A stretch of DNA of 63,046 nt, counting the filler, from Stramenopiles sp. TOSAG23-2 (lineage: Eukaryota), in the NCBI GenBank assembly GCA_900128395.1. It is 8 parts of 8 records of this genome, joined end to end, with 100 filler letters (N's around TTAATTAATTAA, not from the genome) between each part and the next. Parts side by side here need not be neighbours in the genome. Positions count along the whole stretch, not along the records: positions 26,660 to 53,173 come from LT649434.1; 7 more parts are not named here. The stretch is one strand, 5' to 3'. The notes beneath the pieces were generated by a model. It saw only the letters and a program-made list of their open reading frames with translations, did no database searches and was not told the DNA's origin. Positions 35,182 to 48,610 of this stretch are shown here, piece by piece. Every line of letters starts with the position of its first letter. The stretch's first letter is position 1. A program made the position numbers and the translations under genes.

Positions 35182-38100
35182 TTACTCCGTTAAATACATC
35201 ATTTGACTTCCTCCTTCCAATAATTCAACAACATTTTCTCTACTTAAATATAATGATTCATCTTGATCTTTATATCGACTCCATATTTTATTATGTTTTT
35301 CCAATATCTTATTTGTTTTCATAGACGTTCGATGATTACGAGATAAACGTTTTATTTTCTCTACTTAAATATAATGATTCATCTTGATCTTTATATCGAC
35401 TCCATATTTTATTATGTTTTTCCAATATCTTATTTGTTTTCATAGACGTTCGATGATTACGAGATAAACGTTTTAAAATCGATACACTAAACACTCTTAA
35501 ATGTGTACCATAATCGATTTGATCATCCGCATCATTGCTAAGATGGTATTGCTTTTGATATGCACCACTGCTTTCCCATTCTAAATAATTAATCAAAATT
35601 TCTATAAATTCTGAATTTACAATTTGACGCATTAACAATTCAATATCATTTCCTATAGTTATCATACGTTCAATTAATGCTAAACATTGAGATGCTATTC
35701 GAGAATTTGGGGATGCATTACCTAATGTTTTTGATGATGCTGGCAAAGTGCTATGTAGCAACAGTAAAACTGCTTGTAAACCACTACTTATAGCAGCTTG
35801 TTCTACTGCTACGTGACTTGTACACATAACCATAGCATTACGCAAAAAACATTCAATGAAAATTAAATTGTCATTATTGCCAGCAAATGTTCCAAGCAAT
35901 TTTAAAAAATCGCTTATGATACCTAACGTAGCAATTTCATCGATGACATATGGATAATTTTTCAATAAAACCACAAATGCTTGGCAGGAGAGGACGAACG
36001 ATTTCATTTGCGAGGAATCCAACATAGTTTTCTTCATTGTTTCAGATAATGCACGTGCAAATCCAATTGGATCAGATAATGCTACCGTCATCGTACTTCC
36101 TGGATCTTGTAAAAAACGCTTGACAAATACACCATACACAACAAATTTACCATAATGCAATGAGTAATTTAATTGAAACTCATCTTCCCCAGGCAATTTC
36201 CACTTCATAGATGTCATACCTTGTAATTCTCCATCTTTTGCAACTTCTGATTTTAAATGTTCCAATGCCATTCGTAACTCTTCGCGGCATGTACCATCCC
36301 ATTGCAATTCAGGTGTATCATGCAATTTATCAAATTCATTTGGTACCCTTCCAGACATTGTCTTATCACATACCAATTTCAACAAAGGCATTGGTAAGAT
36401 TCGCTCTAATGATACTTTCGTGTTTTGAACTCTATCAACTCGCTTTTCCAAAATATGGGCTAAAATGGAAGCACATGTTATTCGTGCTTTTAATGAAAAC
36501 ACATTCACAACCGTAATATGCAATAAATCAACAATTATGCCAGCATCTACCATTAATATACTAATCGATGCATTTCTAGATAATAAATCTAATAATAGTA
36601 AAATCAATTCTAGTGTAAATTCATATACATCTTGTTGTTGCTGCATGTCATTGCTCATATTATTATTGTTATTATTATTGTTACTACTACCATTATTATG
36701 GTGATAAGCGGAAATGCTGTATTTTCTCATATGCCCGATCATTGCATATAATACAGATATATATTGGCTAACAATTTGTTCCACGCAAAATTTATACGTA
36801 GACATTTCATCTAATAACAAATGCAACGATTGATAACCTAAAACATTTAATACATTTTTCGTTATGAATAAATATTCTAATAAATCCTTGGTAAATTTTT
36901 CTATATTTATTCCTTTAAGACGTTCTTCTTGTTCTACAAATGGACGTAAATAAACATCGCCAACAAGTACCTGATTTCTCAAAATATCATGAGAAAATCC
37001 TTTCACAGAATTTAATTCTTTGTTGAATATATCTATATCCTTTTTTTCTTCTTCGTCATCGTCGGAATCATCGGAATCATCGTTCAAGAAATTTGAGACT
37101 GCTAATTCATTTGCACGATTATCCACGTAATCAACTACTTTACCACGCATCTCGCGATTCCAAATTAACCTCGGGGTAAATGCTTCTGAATGAAGTAACA
37201 GCATGCAGTTTTCAATCGATGTTGAACCTTCTTCAGCACCTAAAAGGTTTGCACATTGATTGACAAGTGGCCTTGTAACCAAATGTTCCAATGCTTTACG
37301 TGCATATTCATGTTCAGAATCCCACACAGCGCCAACTTGACCTGCTGCACGATATCCAGAAAGTGCAAATAACGTTTCAACAGCTGATTTAACAAATTGA
37401 ACATTAAACCCTTCTTTGCTGATTTCTTTTCCTAAGGACCATGATAACATTGAAAAGAATAGACCTTTCTCCAAGAAAGTGGATCTTTCTCCTTTTGTAC
37501 CATGAAATGCAAAATTTCTACCAGCACGAAAGGAGGCTTGTAACACTGGAAATTCCTTTGAAGACGTTAACGATTCATGGATTGCAGCAACCGCTAGATA
37601 CGATGATGCAACTGCTTTTCTTCCAACATCTGTTAATGAAAATGCTGATAATGCTATCATGCAGCCTTCATATAGAGACTTTCTAGAATCATCACCTATA
37701 GCAGTTCGCAAGGCGCGAATAATAACGTCAAATCCGCCCCATCTCATCAATTCCTTTGCATTTCCAGCATGTGTCGCAGCTGTGCATGCCATTAAACGAA
37801 CGGCTAGGCCAGATAAATTTGTAACAAATTCAGATTCTTGTTCTACAATATGCATTAAACTGTCATACATTGGATATTTAAATTTCTCTAATATTTCTGG
37901 GCTATTAGAATACAAGACAATTTGCGCTTTCAAAAGCAAACTTAAGTTTATTATATCTACATGTTCATCTTGGTGTGTGTTCAAATATTTATCAACTGCG
38001 CTAACATCTGCCTTGGAGACTCGTCCATCAATAAAGAGTATCATACGTTCATATGCCTCATTGATTTTTTCAAACTTTTCTTTGCCAACAGAAGGATTTC

Positions 38101-41100
38101 GATCTGGATGATACAAACGCGCTAGTTTAAAATATGTTTTGCGTAATATTTTTTTGTCCAAAGCTGCTACCTTTGCTTTTGTCGATATATCTAATCCTAA
38201 AATTAATGACGCTTCCGTGAATGACATAGTATCATCGCCTTGAGCCTTTGTCTTCTCCGTCCGCCAAGCATCCAACACGGCACGTAATAATTCTACAGGA
38301 TCATGAATTTTCCACGATGGAAATTTCTCAAAATTGCATAAATTTCGTAAATAATATCCACAACAATACATTTCTTCACTGAGTTGTGGATAATGTATTG
38401 GTGGTATTGGATCGTAATGATAAAAAAAAGCTTTGTTGCTTATCTTATCTGCATTTTCGTTATATCCTGTCATAAAATTACTTTTGTTGTTGTTGACCTG
38501 TTTCGTGGAAAAGCTTAAAATCGATTTATAATAATCTCGCACATGCTCTTTTAATTGAGATACCATGTATTGTCGCATTTCCGGAGACCAAATGGCTTCT
38601 GGTGTATCATAATCACCAACAAGGATCGTTGCAAATTCCTGATAGCTATGCGTAGATAAAAAACAAACTAACGCATCTGGTAAAATAAATGATAAATAAC
38701 TTTTCTGACCATTGCGTCGTAAATTATTTTTCAATGGAAAAACTTGATGCTCGTGTGTCATTTTTAACAAACATGATATTGCCTCTACCGTGCGTGTCGC
38801 ATTACCATCGTAAATTAATGCAAAGTAGAAAATTCCAGTCAAATAAAGCTTTCCAATAACAGACGCATTGTTTTCTATTATTATAGCAATCAAAGTTGCT
38901 GCTTGGCCGACAATTTTTTCATCACGTGCTAGTAAACATGAAGCAATAATAGGCAAAAGCGCTTTGCTACATAAAATAGTTCGCACAGTTGGAAGTGGCC
39001 AAACCGATGCATTGTTTTTAGGATTAAATACACTATGCGATGCGCATAATCCACGTAACGTCTCTAAAGATCTTGATGCCATCATACTTTCTGGACTACC
39101 TGCCTTTGCACTTGGAACCACACGTAAAATTCTAATACAAGCATTTAAACCATTTGCGTCAACAAAATTATCAATTTCATATGGGAAATATTTACCTAAA
39201 ATTTGTATTGCACTTAGGGTTTTTGAAATAATACTAAATAAATAATCGGATGATCCACCAGATCCGCTACTGCTATTATTAAGATCATCTTCCATGTCAT
39301 CATCCACATCGCTATTTTCATGGAGATAAAATCCATGATTTTCCGCAGCATTTACTTCAATAAATTCAGATAATGATGAAAGTAAATCCCCTAGTGTATT
39401 TAACGCCTCTCCGACACGTGTTGCTGCTAATGCATCATGGTGGAAGGAAACAAGCACCTCTAGTATCGAAAGTAAAGTCCCAAGTGTTTTGTTTTTTACA
39501 TAATTAGTATGAATATTTTTTACAATCTCTTTTAATACGCCATTATGAACCATATGAAATAAATATGGTGTTTCTAACTTTTCGATTGGAAAATCTCTCG
39601 CCGAATGACGCAATGATAGCATTGGTGCTAAAAAATAATGTCCAATTTTCACAGCTTCCTCATGTGCTTTATATTTAATTTTAAATTCTTTGTAATTCCA
39701 AGTTACATAATCGATTTTTCGTTTTTCCCTTACTGTAGTTGCAAGTAGGCTATTGTTCAGATCATTAGCGTTCTTCTTCCCGGTGCTTGCTGGTTTTGTA
39801 ATATCACTTTTAGCAATAGTAGATTTTGTTGAAATATGTATCGATGTTGCACGACCTTGTTCCAATGATTTGATTTCATTTTCCAAGCGTATACGAAGCT
39901 CCTTCCTACATGATTCATTCCACACTAATTTTGCATGATAATGATCATGTTGCAATGCTAAGAAAAATCTTTCCCATTTTGGTGCTAAGTCTGTAGCCAT
40001 GCCTTCCCCTGGAAGTGGCGACGATGAACGACCATTTGTTACTTCAGTCAATATGTTATAAAATACATCTGGTAATATATTAGATAAAATTGACAAACCT
40101 TCTTGAAAATCGTCCATCCATAACGAAAACATGAAACGACTTTGTTTGCGAATACGCTCATTTCTTCCAAAAAGTGCACTATGGAAATGAGACAAAGCTG
40201 TGCCGTCGCACAATACATCGTATCTTAATTTTGAAACAAAATCAATGTTTGTATCATGATCAGCATAAATGAGCTGATTGGTCGAATTGGTAGTGATTTG
40301 CCTTGGTGGTGGTGGTCGAAAATTTTTATTATTTTTAGATGATATTACAATTTCACGCATAATCAACGCTGCTAAATCATTTATTGATGGCGCATCAAAT
40401 GAAAAAAGGCCCATTAATATGCTATGATCTGCTAATAACTTCAATATTGTTTCCCTCGATCGTGACGGAGTATTTGTATTTCTAGGTGATATTTCACAAA
40501 TCAATGATGAAAATAAATCAAGTACATTATGTACAATTAAAATGGATGCGTTGTTATTTTTACTGAGAGTCGATTCGTTTTCATTTTCAACATTACCATT
40601 ATTATTATTATTATTGCTTTTATTGCACGAATTTGATAGTAGCTGGATACAAATACGAATTCGTTGAAACGACATCAATTCTTCACGTCTATGCTTTTCA
40701 GCATAATTAATTCGTTCAATTTTATTTTTATTGGTACTACTACTTCTGCGCCTTTCCTTTTTGTTGCTATTATTATTATTGTCATTATTATTCATATTAT
40801 TAGTATTGCTGTTACTATGTTTTACAAAATCAGAATCTTCTCCAGCAATTGTAGTACCGGGGAGCATCAATGACAATGAGGCATCGTCAAAAATTACCAT
40901 ACGTTTCAATAATTGTAAGATATGATATATCAATAGTGAGCGTGATGGGCCGTTATCAATACAGCCATTATTATAGGAAGATGAGATTGTATTACTTTTA
41001 CTTTGCCCTGCTGCAGACAGAATGCGAAAAAAACGATTAATCATTACTACCACATTTGGTATGTCTAAAAACGATTCAAAACCATTAATTGCAGAGAGTA

Positions 41101-42688
41101 ATAATTCAAATGCATGCATTAAAAAAACTACATCTTTCGCCCCATCAACAAAACTAGTAGAATTGATTTGTTGCGCTAAAACGCTCATGCAATTACATAA
41201 TGCATTTCGATCTTCAAAGGATGTTACACCACTTGCTTCACAGTTACTTGCAAGCAATCTTGCCATATCAACAAGCACATAATGCATTGCTCCTAAATCA
41301 TCCCTATCGCTTCTCGCCTGCAAAGCAACAATTGATGCTATTTTTCGAATAAATACACCTTCCGCCGCTGCTCTATGTGCATAAAAAACTTCACTATTTT
41401 TATATTTCATAGTTGAATTATTCAAATTCGTATCGTTTAATGCTACCACACGAGCGTTTAACAACATGCGGCACATATGTATATCGCCAAGATATATACG
41501 TAATGAATTATTCTCCAAGTGATGTATCATACCACTTAAAACATCATCTCTATTCATGCAATCATATTCTACGAACGTATCTTCATATAAAATAGTGAAT
41601 CTGGAATTGCTCATACTCGAACATACTATTGCATATATACGGGAAATTTTAAACCAATTAACTAATAAATGTTTCTCTAAATCAATATCACCTAAATAAT
41701 CATCCATTAAGACTAATGAACAATTTCCTTGCATTTGTTGCACCGGGGATAAGCGTTTACTAGGTGATAAAGAAGATGAACCTGATGATGGATTGCTGCC
41801 GGTGTTATTAGTATTATTGCGGTTGGAACCCGTGGTTGCTGAATAAAAACGCTTTACACGTGTTGCAGGAAAAGTTGCAAGTGGTAAATGTTTACCAATA
41901 CGTGGACCTGATCTTGACCAATCATAGACATTTAAATAATCATCCGTATTAATATTTGTACTTCCAACATTGCTTGTAATCAAAAATCCTGATTTTATCA
42001 AAAGTGATTCAATTGAAATTGATTTTACATGTCCTTGATCTTTCAATAATTTAAGGCCGACTAAGTTCATTCGATTTTCCATTTCATTTATCATTTCATC
42101 CCGTCGAGTAAATGCTTCAATAATATATGTTGAACCAGATGAGTCAGTTATTGCTAATGCATTTTCTAAATCTTGCACAACTGAAACGTATTTTATATTT
42201 TCAAATGGTATATTAAAGTAGCTAATATTTGCATCGTTTTTATTTTTCCCTTCTATTGATCCTATTTTTAATTTAATGTTAAGTTTTACACGTTGTTTTA
42301 ATATATCTACTAATTCACTATTAAAATTGATATCATCATTTTCAACATCTCCACTTGCTTCTTTACGAAATTTCAAAACATCTGCTAATAACCTTGATCT
42401 CATAGAGCATGATAATGTCCATTTCGTCGATTTACGTACGGACCATGAGGAATTATTATTATTCATTTCAATGGTGAATTCATCTTCATTATTGACATTA
42501 GGTTTGATCTCTTTAATATCGCTTAGATTCCATTTCTCTTTTACAGTTGGATCAACCGTTGCTGCATCAAAAATTATAATACTGGTTTCATTGATACCAA
42601 AAATAAAAGCAGACTTTCCAGTCATCCATGAGTGTAAAAATATTAAATATTGTTTATTAAATTTAACAAACAACTGGAAACATTGCAT
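35182..42688 (-). CDS. DNAJC13: RME-8/DNAJC13 (GRV2) endosomal J-domain protein
   Basis: N-terminal HSWxxK-like motif, IWN-type repeats (LVWNESCRKEL, AIWSPEMR, LIWNREMR), central J domain (YFKLARLYHPDRNP). Removing one copy of the 121-bp duplication at 35233-35474 gives the C-terminus ..SRENVVELLEGGSQMMYLTE* ending at 35182. Confidence 0.88.
35233..35474. repeat. Perfect tandem duplication, 2 x 121 bp inside the RME-8 3' end
   Basis: ATTTTCTCTACTTAAAT... occurs at 35233 and 35354 and frameshifts the last codons of RME-8. Confidence 0.9.
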
Positions 42689-42761
42689 TCATAATCAAAT
42701 CAATCAATCCATCAACAATTACATATATTTATTCTATAAAACGCACACACACAATAAAAAT

Positions 42762-43649
42762 ATGGCATCGTCCCCTAACAAACCAGCAATGGAACCGATT
42801 AAAATGCAAACAACAAAAGCAGTTTCGGCACTTGTGAAATATGTAAATGGTAAAAAAACTAGTAATAACTTATTTGAGGAGGATACCTTTGTAACTTTAA
42901 TTATTACATTAAGACGTACACCAGATAGTGGCAAAAATAAACCAATACGCTTGACAATCCCACATTCCTTGTACAATTCCGAAAGTGGTGATTATCAAAT
43001 GTGTTTATTTGTCAAAGATAAGGACGCATCTAAATTAAAACAACGTTTTGAAGCAACTCCAGTTACAGGATTGACACAAGTTATAGGTTTACAAAAATTA
43101 CGTACAGATTACCAACAATATAAAGCAAAGAGAAAATTATGTAGTTCATATGATTTGTTTTTATGTGATGGTTCTATTTTACCAATGATGACGAAAGCAT
43201 TAGGAAAAGAATTTTTCAAAAAGAAAAAGCAACCAGTACCAGTTCGTTTAGAAGTGAACAATTTAAAAAAAGAAATTGGACGTGCACGTGATGCAACTTA
43301 TATGTATGTAGGCTTTGGTACAGCTTTAGGTATACGTTCAGCACGGCTATCATTTGATGAAAATCAAATAGTTGAAAATATCATGGCAATTATTGAAGGT
43401 GCTGGTGAAAAAGTACCAAGAAAATGGAAAAATATACAAGCAATGCATATTAAAACACCAAATTCTGTTGCTTTGCCAATTTATAATAAATTAGAAGCAG
43501 ATGAAGAGGAGGATGAAGAGGAAGAAAAAGAAGTGAAAAAGAAAGAAACTGTATCCAAAAAACGTAAGAAAAAAGATGATGAGAAAAAAGATGAGAAAAA
43601 AGAAAAGAAAAAAAGCAAGAAAAGCACGAAAAAGAAAAGTCGTCGTTGA
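42762..43649 (+). CDS. RSL1D1: Ribosomal L1 domain-containing protein (RSL1D1/CIC1/UTP30-like)
   Basis: KPIRLTIPHSL, CLFVKD, RKLCSSYDLFLCD, LGKEFFKKKKQPVPV, WKNIQAMHIKT..SVALPIY; K-rich tail. ATG at 42762. Confidence 0.9.
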   Translation: MASSPNKPAMEPIKMQTTKAVSALVKYVNGKKTSNNLFEEDTFVTLIITLRRTPDSGKNKPIRLTIPHSLYNSESGDYQMCLFVKDKDASKLKQRFEATPVTGLTQVIGLQKLRTDYQQYKAKRKLCSSYDLFLCDGSILPMMTKALGKEFFKKKKQPVPVRLEVNNLKKEIGRARDATYMYVGFGTALGIRSARLSFDENQIVENIMAIIEGAGEKVPRKWKNIQAMHIKTPNSVALPIYNKLEADEEEDEEEEKEVKKKETVSKKRKKKDDEKKDEKKEKKKSKKSTKKKSRR

Positions 43650-44395
43650 ATGTAGAGAGAGGTGAAAAAATGAGAACGCGCAGGAGAGGAAAATATGATA
43701 TTCGTATTATATAATATTAAAAAAGCATATATACATCATATATAAAAAAAATTTTATATATATAAAAAGTAAATGCAAGAAAAGCACGAAAAAGAAAAGT
43801 CGTCGTTGAATGTAGAGAGAGGTGAAAAAATGAGAACGCGCAGGAGAGGAAAATATGATATTCGTATTATATAATATTAAAAAAGCATATATACATCATA
43901 TATAAAAAAAATTTTATATATATAAAAAGTAAATTAAAAAGAAAACTAAAATATTTACAATTACGTGGGATCATATTTTTTTCAAAATGTCTGTTTTACG
44001 GCGTAGTCCTATCACATTGTAAACTACGAAGTATGTGCTTTCATCGCTTCATGTCGGGACACCGTGAATTCAACTTAATATATTTAATTAATGCATAATT
44101 TATTTTTTAATTTACTCATGATAATTCCTAAGCAAGAAAAGCACGAAAAAGAAAAGTCGTCGTTGAATGTAGAGAGAGGTGAAAAATGAGAACGCGCAGG
44201 GGAGGAAAATATGATATTCGTATTATATAAAATATTAAAAAAGCATATTTTCATAAAAAGTAAATTAAAGAAAACTTATAATATTGACAATTATCATATT
44301 CGTATTTTTTTCAAAATGTCTGTTTTACGGCGTAGTCGTATCACATTGTAAACTATGTGCTTTCATCGCCTCATGTCGGACACCGTGAATTCAAT
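43615..44395. repeat. RSL1D1 3' end repeated: 2 x 160 bp perfect plus a diverged third copy from 44132
   Basis: GCAAGAAAAGCACGAAAAAG occurs at 43615, 43775 and 44132. The third copy has many small indels and extends to GACACCGTGAATTCAA. Confidence 0.85.
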
Positions 44396-44465
44396 TTATA
44401 TTATTATTCATCCATGTTAATATCATATCATACTATAATACACACACACACACACACACACATAT

Positions 44466-46991
44466 CTACGGATCAATATTTTCAATGACAAGACCTAATT
44501 CATTTTCCCTTACAAATCCATTAAAATGATTCGATTTTAAATTATTTAAATCAACAAAATTACTTCCAGAAATATGATAACCACAACGATTTAAATATGG
44601 ACGTACAAATTTAGAAAGTTCGTCCAATTTTTGTTCATATACATCAACAGTTGGCATTTCCGCTATATTTTCATCTTCTACTACTGTATTTATTGATGTA
44701 ACATCATGTTCTTCTAACCATTCAATTACTTCCATGATTTTCTCTTCAATACGTTCCAATTCATCATCGGTCAACTTATTTTTAACTTTTTCATTTGAAA
44801 TACTGCTATCATCACCTAATAATTTATTATTCACTTCAAATGCAAATTCATTTAAATCATTTCTTGCTTCAATTAAACGTTTCTGTTTACGATCTTCCTC
44901 CCTATTTTTTTCTGCATCTTTTAACATACGATCAATTTCATCATCTGATAATTGACCTTTATCATTTGTAATAGTAATTTGATTGCGTTGTCCAGTGGAT
45001 AATTCTGCTCCATATACAGTTAGCAATCCATTTGCATCCACATCTAATGTTACTTCTATCTGTGGCACACCACGTGGCATTGGTGGTAAATTGCTAATTG
45101 TAAATTCACCTAATTTATTGCAATCACGTGTCATTTGACGTTCACCTTCAAAAATTTGTATAATAACTGCATCTTGATTATCTGTATTAGTAGTAAATAC
45201 ATGTCGTCGTTTAGTTGGCACCGTCGTATTTCTACGTATGACTTTCGTCATGATTCCCCCAGCAGTCTCCAATCCAATACTTAATGGTAATACATCCAAT
45301 AATAACAAACGTTGTGTTTTCAAACTAGCTACTCCACTTAAAATAGCTGCTTGAACTGCTGCACCATATGCCACTGCTTCATCGGCATTTATTGCTTTAT
45401 TTAATTCTTTTCCATTGAAATAATTACTTATATTTTGTTGTATTCGTGGTATCCGTGTTGATCCACCAACAAGAACAATTTCATGAATATCGTTTTTAGA
45501 CATGCCTGAATCTTCTAAGACTCTTTTCACAGGTTCCAACGTCCGTTGAAACCACTCTTCGCAAATACTTTCCATTTCAGAACGTGTTAATTCAAATGAT
45601 AAATCAACGCCTTGGAAAAAAGGCTTCACTTCCACCATTGCTTTCAATTCCTTTGATAATGCTCGTTTCGCACGTTCACATGATGTGCGTAAACGTCTTG
45701 ATGCACTTGGATTATTAATTGTTGGATCTGGCAATGCTGGGTTTTCTCTTCGAAACTTTTTAATAAAATAATCCATTATTAAATTATCAAAATCTTCACC
45801 ACCTAAATGTGTATCACCTGCAGTTGCTTTCACTTCAAATATACTATTTTGTACACTTAATAATGTCACATCAAATGTACCACCACCTAAATCAAAAACG
45901 ATAATATTTCGTTCCCCACGCTTATCTTTCACAATATCTAAACCATATGCAATAGCAGCTGCGGTCGGTTCATTGATGATTCTTAAAATTTTCAATCCGG
46001 CAATTGCACCTGCTGCTTTTGTCGCATACCGTTGTGAATCATTGAAATATGCCGGTACGGTAACTACTGCTTTTGTAACTTTTCGTTGTAAATATGATTC
46101 AGCTATTTGTTTCATTTTATATAATACCATCGAAGAAATTTCTTCTGGTAAATAATATTTTTTTTCATTATTGTTATTTTTATTGTTAATTACTTGTATG
46201 ATTGGTAGATCGGTTGTGACGTTTGATTTCGCATTGTTTTTGGTGGATGAGGATGCCGTGGTGGTTTTTGTGGTGGTGGTGGTAGAGGTGGTGGTAGAGG
46301 TTGAATTATTAGTATCACTATTAGAAAGGGAAGACGAAGAAGAATTGAATAACCCAGAATCAACAACATCGAATGGCCAATGTTTACAATCTGATTTCAC
46401 AATTGGGTCAGATAATCTTCGTCCAATTAATCGTTTTGCATCAAATACTGTACATTTTGGATATATAGCACATTTACTTTTTGCTGAATCTCCTACTACA
46501 GTTTCATTATTTGCAAAGCATACATAACTAGGAGTTGTCTTGTTCCCATTTTCATTGGGAATAATTTCAACACGATCATTACGCCATACACCACAACAAG
46601 AATATGTTGTCCCTAAATCTATACCTATTGCAATATCATCATCATCATCGAATTTATTATTATTATTATTATCTTCTTCCTTCAAGGAATTTGATAATAA
46701 TTCTTGTTCTGCAGGGGTGACTACTATTGGTGTTCCGAAGCCTAAATCTTTTCCAGATAATGCCAAAACACCTTGACATTTCTCCATATCCTCTTTAACA
46801 AATGTAATTGTAACATATGATTTATCATTTGCTATTTGTATTGTTTCAATGTTTCCAAATGATTCAAAAATTTGCTTTATAATTTCTTGTGGTAAATTTT
46901 CAGGGAAACCAGCTGCATTGTACATTCTACCATTGTTGTCCGTTGCAGTAGTAGTAGCAGTAATGTCTTCTAATTTTCGTTTCTTAGACAT
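44466..46991 (-). CDS. Cytosolic-type HSP70 with N-terminal RRM-like extension
   Basis: [54 protein letters not shown], substrate-binding domain and lid. About 120-aa N-terminal extension; ends IENIDP, not EEVD. Confidence 0.92.
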   Translation of the reverse strand: MSKKRKLEDITATTTATDNNGRMYNAAGFPENLPQEIIKQIFESFGNIETIQIANDKSYVTITFVKEDMEKCQGVLALSGKDLGFGTPIVVTPAEQELLSNSLKEEDNNNNNKFDDDDDIAIGIDLGTTYSCCGVWRNDRVEIIPNENGNKTTPSYVCFANNETVVGDSAKSKCAIYPKCTVFDAKRLIGRRLSDPIVKSDCKHWPFDVVDSGLFNSSSSSLSNSDTNNSTSTTTSTTTTTKTTTASSSTKNNAKSNVTTDLPIIQVINNKNNNNEKKYYLPEEISSMVLYKMKQIAESYLQRKVTKAVVTVPAYFNDSQRYATKAAGAIAGLKILRIINEPTAAAIAYGLDIVKDKRGERNIIVFDLGGGTFDVTLLSVQNSIFEVKATAGDTHLGGEDFDNLIMDYFIKKFRRENPALPDPTINNPSASRRLRTSCERAKRALSKELKAMVEVKPFFQGVDLSFELTRSEMESICEEWFQRTLEPVKRVLEDSGMSKNDIHEIVLVGGSTRIPRIQQNISNYFNGKELNKAINADEAVAYGAAVQAAILSGVASLKTQRLLLLDVLPLSIGLETAGGIMTKVIRRNTTVPTKRRHVFTTNTDNQDAVIIQIFEGERQMTRDCNKLGEFTISNLPPMPRGVPQIEVTLDVDANGLLTVYGAELSTGQRNQITITNDKGQLSDDEIDRMLKDAEKNREEDRKQKRLIEARNDLNEFAFEVNNKLLGDDSSISNEKVKNKLTDDELERIEEKIMEVIEWLEEHDVTSINTVVEDENIAEMPTVDVYEQKLDELSKFVRPYLNRCGYHISGSNFVDLNNLKSNHFNGFVRENELGLVIENIDP

Positions 46992-47489
46992 TTTATTTTT
47001 ATTTCGCTATAGTTTATATAATAAGTCTTGTGGTTTTTTTCATTTTCTTTCTATTGGTTTTGGTAATTTGTTTTTTTTTTGTTATTTGATATTTTTTTTG
47101 TGTTTACAAATGTGTGTATGCTGGTATGTGTGTTTTGTTGCATACATTGTATTCGATGATGATTTTATAAATAATTAGCATAAGAAATTGGAAATCCTTA
47201 AAAACAATTACTAAGAAAAATAAGGTTAAAAGTATCACGCATCTCTCTCCTCTCAATCAAGGTCTGATACGAGGTACCCAGGTATAGTAACATGTACAAC
47301 CAAATACCATGTTTGTATTACACATCACCCTTGCAATGCTTTTTTCAACTCTGCCTTCTCTTTTGCATCTATTGGTTTTGGTAATTTGTTTTTTTTTTGT
47401 TATTTGATATTTTTTTTGTGTTTACAATATGTATAAACACGTGTGTGTTGTGTTTTGCACTTTTGTTGCAATTATTATTGTGTTGATGT

Positions 47490-47829
47490 GCTAGCTCTTA
47501 TTCTGTAATGTGTAGTATACATTGTCCGTTTTTTTTACACACACACCTCAATATTCAAAGATTTTCACTAAAATTTCACACACACATACATTTACCCCTC
47601 TATTTGATATACAAACATTAAAAACCTACATGCCACACACATATATGGCGTTTCACAACGCTAGCTCTTATTCTGTAATGTGTAGTATACATTGTCCGTT
47701 TTTTTTACACACACACCTCAATATTCAAAGATTTTCACTAAAATTTCACACACACATACATTTACCCCTCTATTTGATATACAAACATTAAAAACCTACA
47801 TGCCACACACATATATGGCGTTTCACAAC
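47490..47829. repeat. Perfect tandem duplication, 2 x 170 bp (left end of the TIR element)
   Basis: GCTAGCTCTTATTCTG... occurs at 47490 and 47660. Confidence 0.9.
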
Positions 47830-48610
47830 CGTTTCATTTGAGCGATACTGATAGGGTTAGAAATAGGGTTTTTTGAATTAAGTCGACATTTGTCCGTTTT
47901 TTTTATCTCAAGTGTATATATGTATATTTGGGTGTGTATGATTTAGATAAATGTTTTCTAATGCGTGTCAAGTAACAGAAAAGTACTTCGTTTGAATGAA
48001 ACGGATATATATTGATGAAGTTATGTGTATTGCAAGTGTGTGTGTTTTTGTGTTTTCTGTATTTTTTCAGATTGATCAAGGCCGGGAAAAATAGAAAACC
48101 ATTCCAACCCTAATGTTAACACTTACTATAGTGTTATGTAGTGTAAATTAATAATATTAGCCTATCACATCGCTTACCAGCACTCTAAGGCGGATATTTA
48201 CAAGCAAAAAGTCACTAATTCCACACACACACATATACCTCATTTTTACACACGAAACATAAAATTTAAAGATATCTAGTTGTACATATATTAACTAGGC
48301 ATGTATTGGGACATTATTATGCACTTTCTGCAACAAATAATGCTGCAATTTGATTGGTAGAAAAAAAAAACGGACAATCTTGTATTCAAATTTGAATGAA
48401 ACTGACAAAAGTTAAATTTTTGTATGTCCTATTTTTCCATTTTTGACTTGATTTGGAAAAAAACAAATATCATATTCAGAAAATTCACGTCGAGTAGATT
48501 ATCATTTTGGATTTTTTTATTAGATATGAATAAATTTAACAGTCTCAAAATGGAAAAAACGGACAAAAGTCGACTTAATTAAAAGAATCGACTGAATTCA
48601 GAATAAGAGC
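47494..48610. mobile_element. Non-autonomous TIR DNA transposon (MITE-like), TA-flanked
   Basis: TA|GCTCTTATTCTG ... CAGAATAAGAGC|TA terminal inverted repeats. Internal 27-bp inverted motif AATTAAGTCGAC(A/T)TTTGTCCGTTTTTT (47876-47902 vs 48554-48580) and repeated TTGTCCGTTTT boxes. No credible ORF. Confidence 0.7.

Noticed and set aside
35182-35474. RME-8 as a frameshifted pseudogene with C-terminus ENKTFIS
   Set aside because: Removing one perfect 121-bp copy restores an open, plausible C-terminus ending YLTE*.
42276-42761. N-terminal 162 aa of the 457-aa ORF overlapping RME-8 antisense
   Set aside because: Non-ATG start and antisense shadow of RME-8; the RSL1D1 similarity begins after the ATG at 42762.
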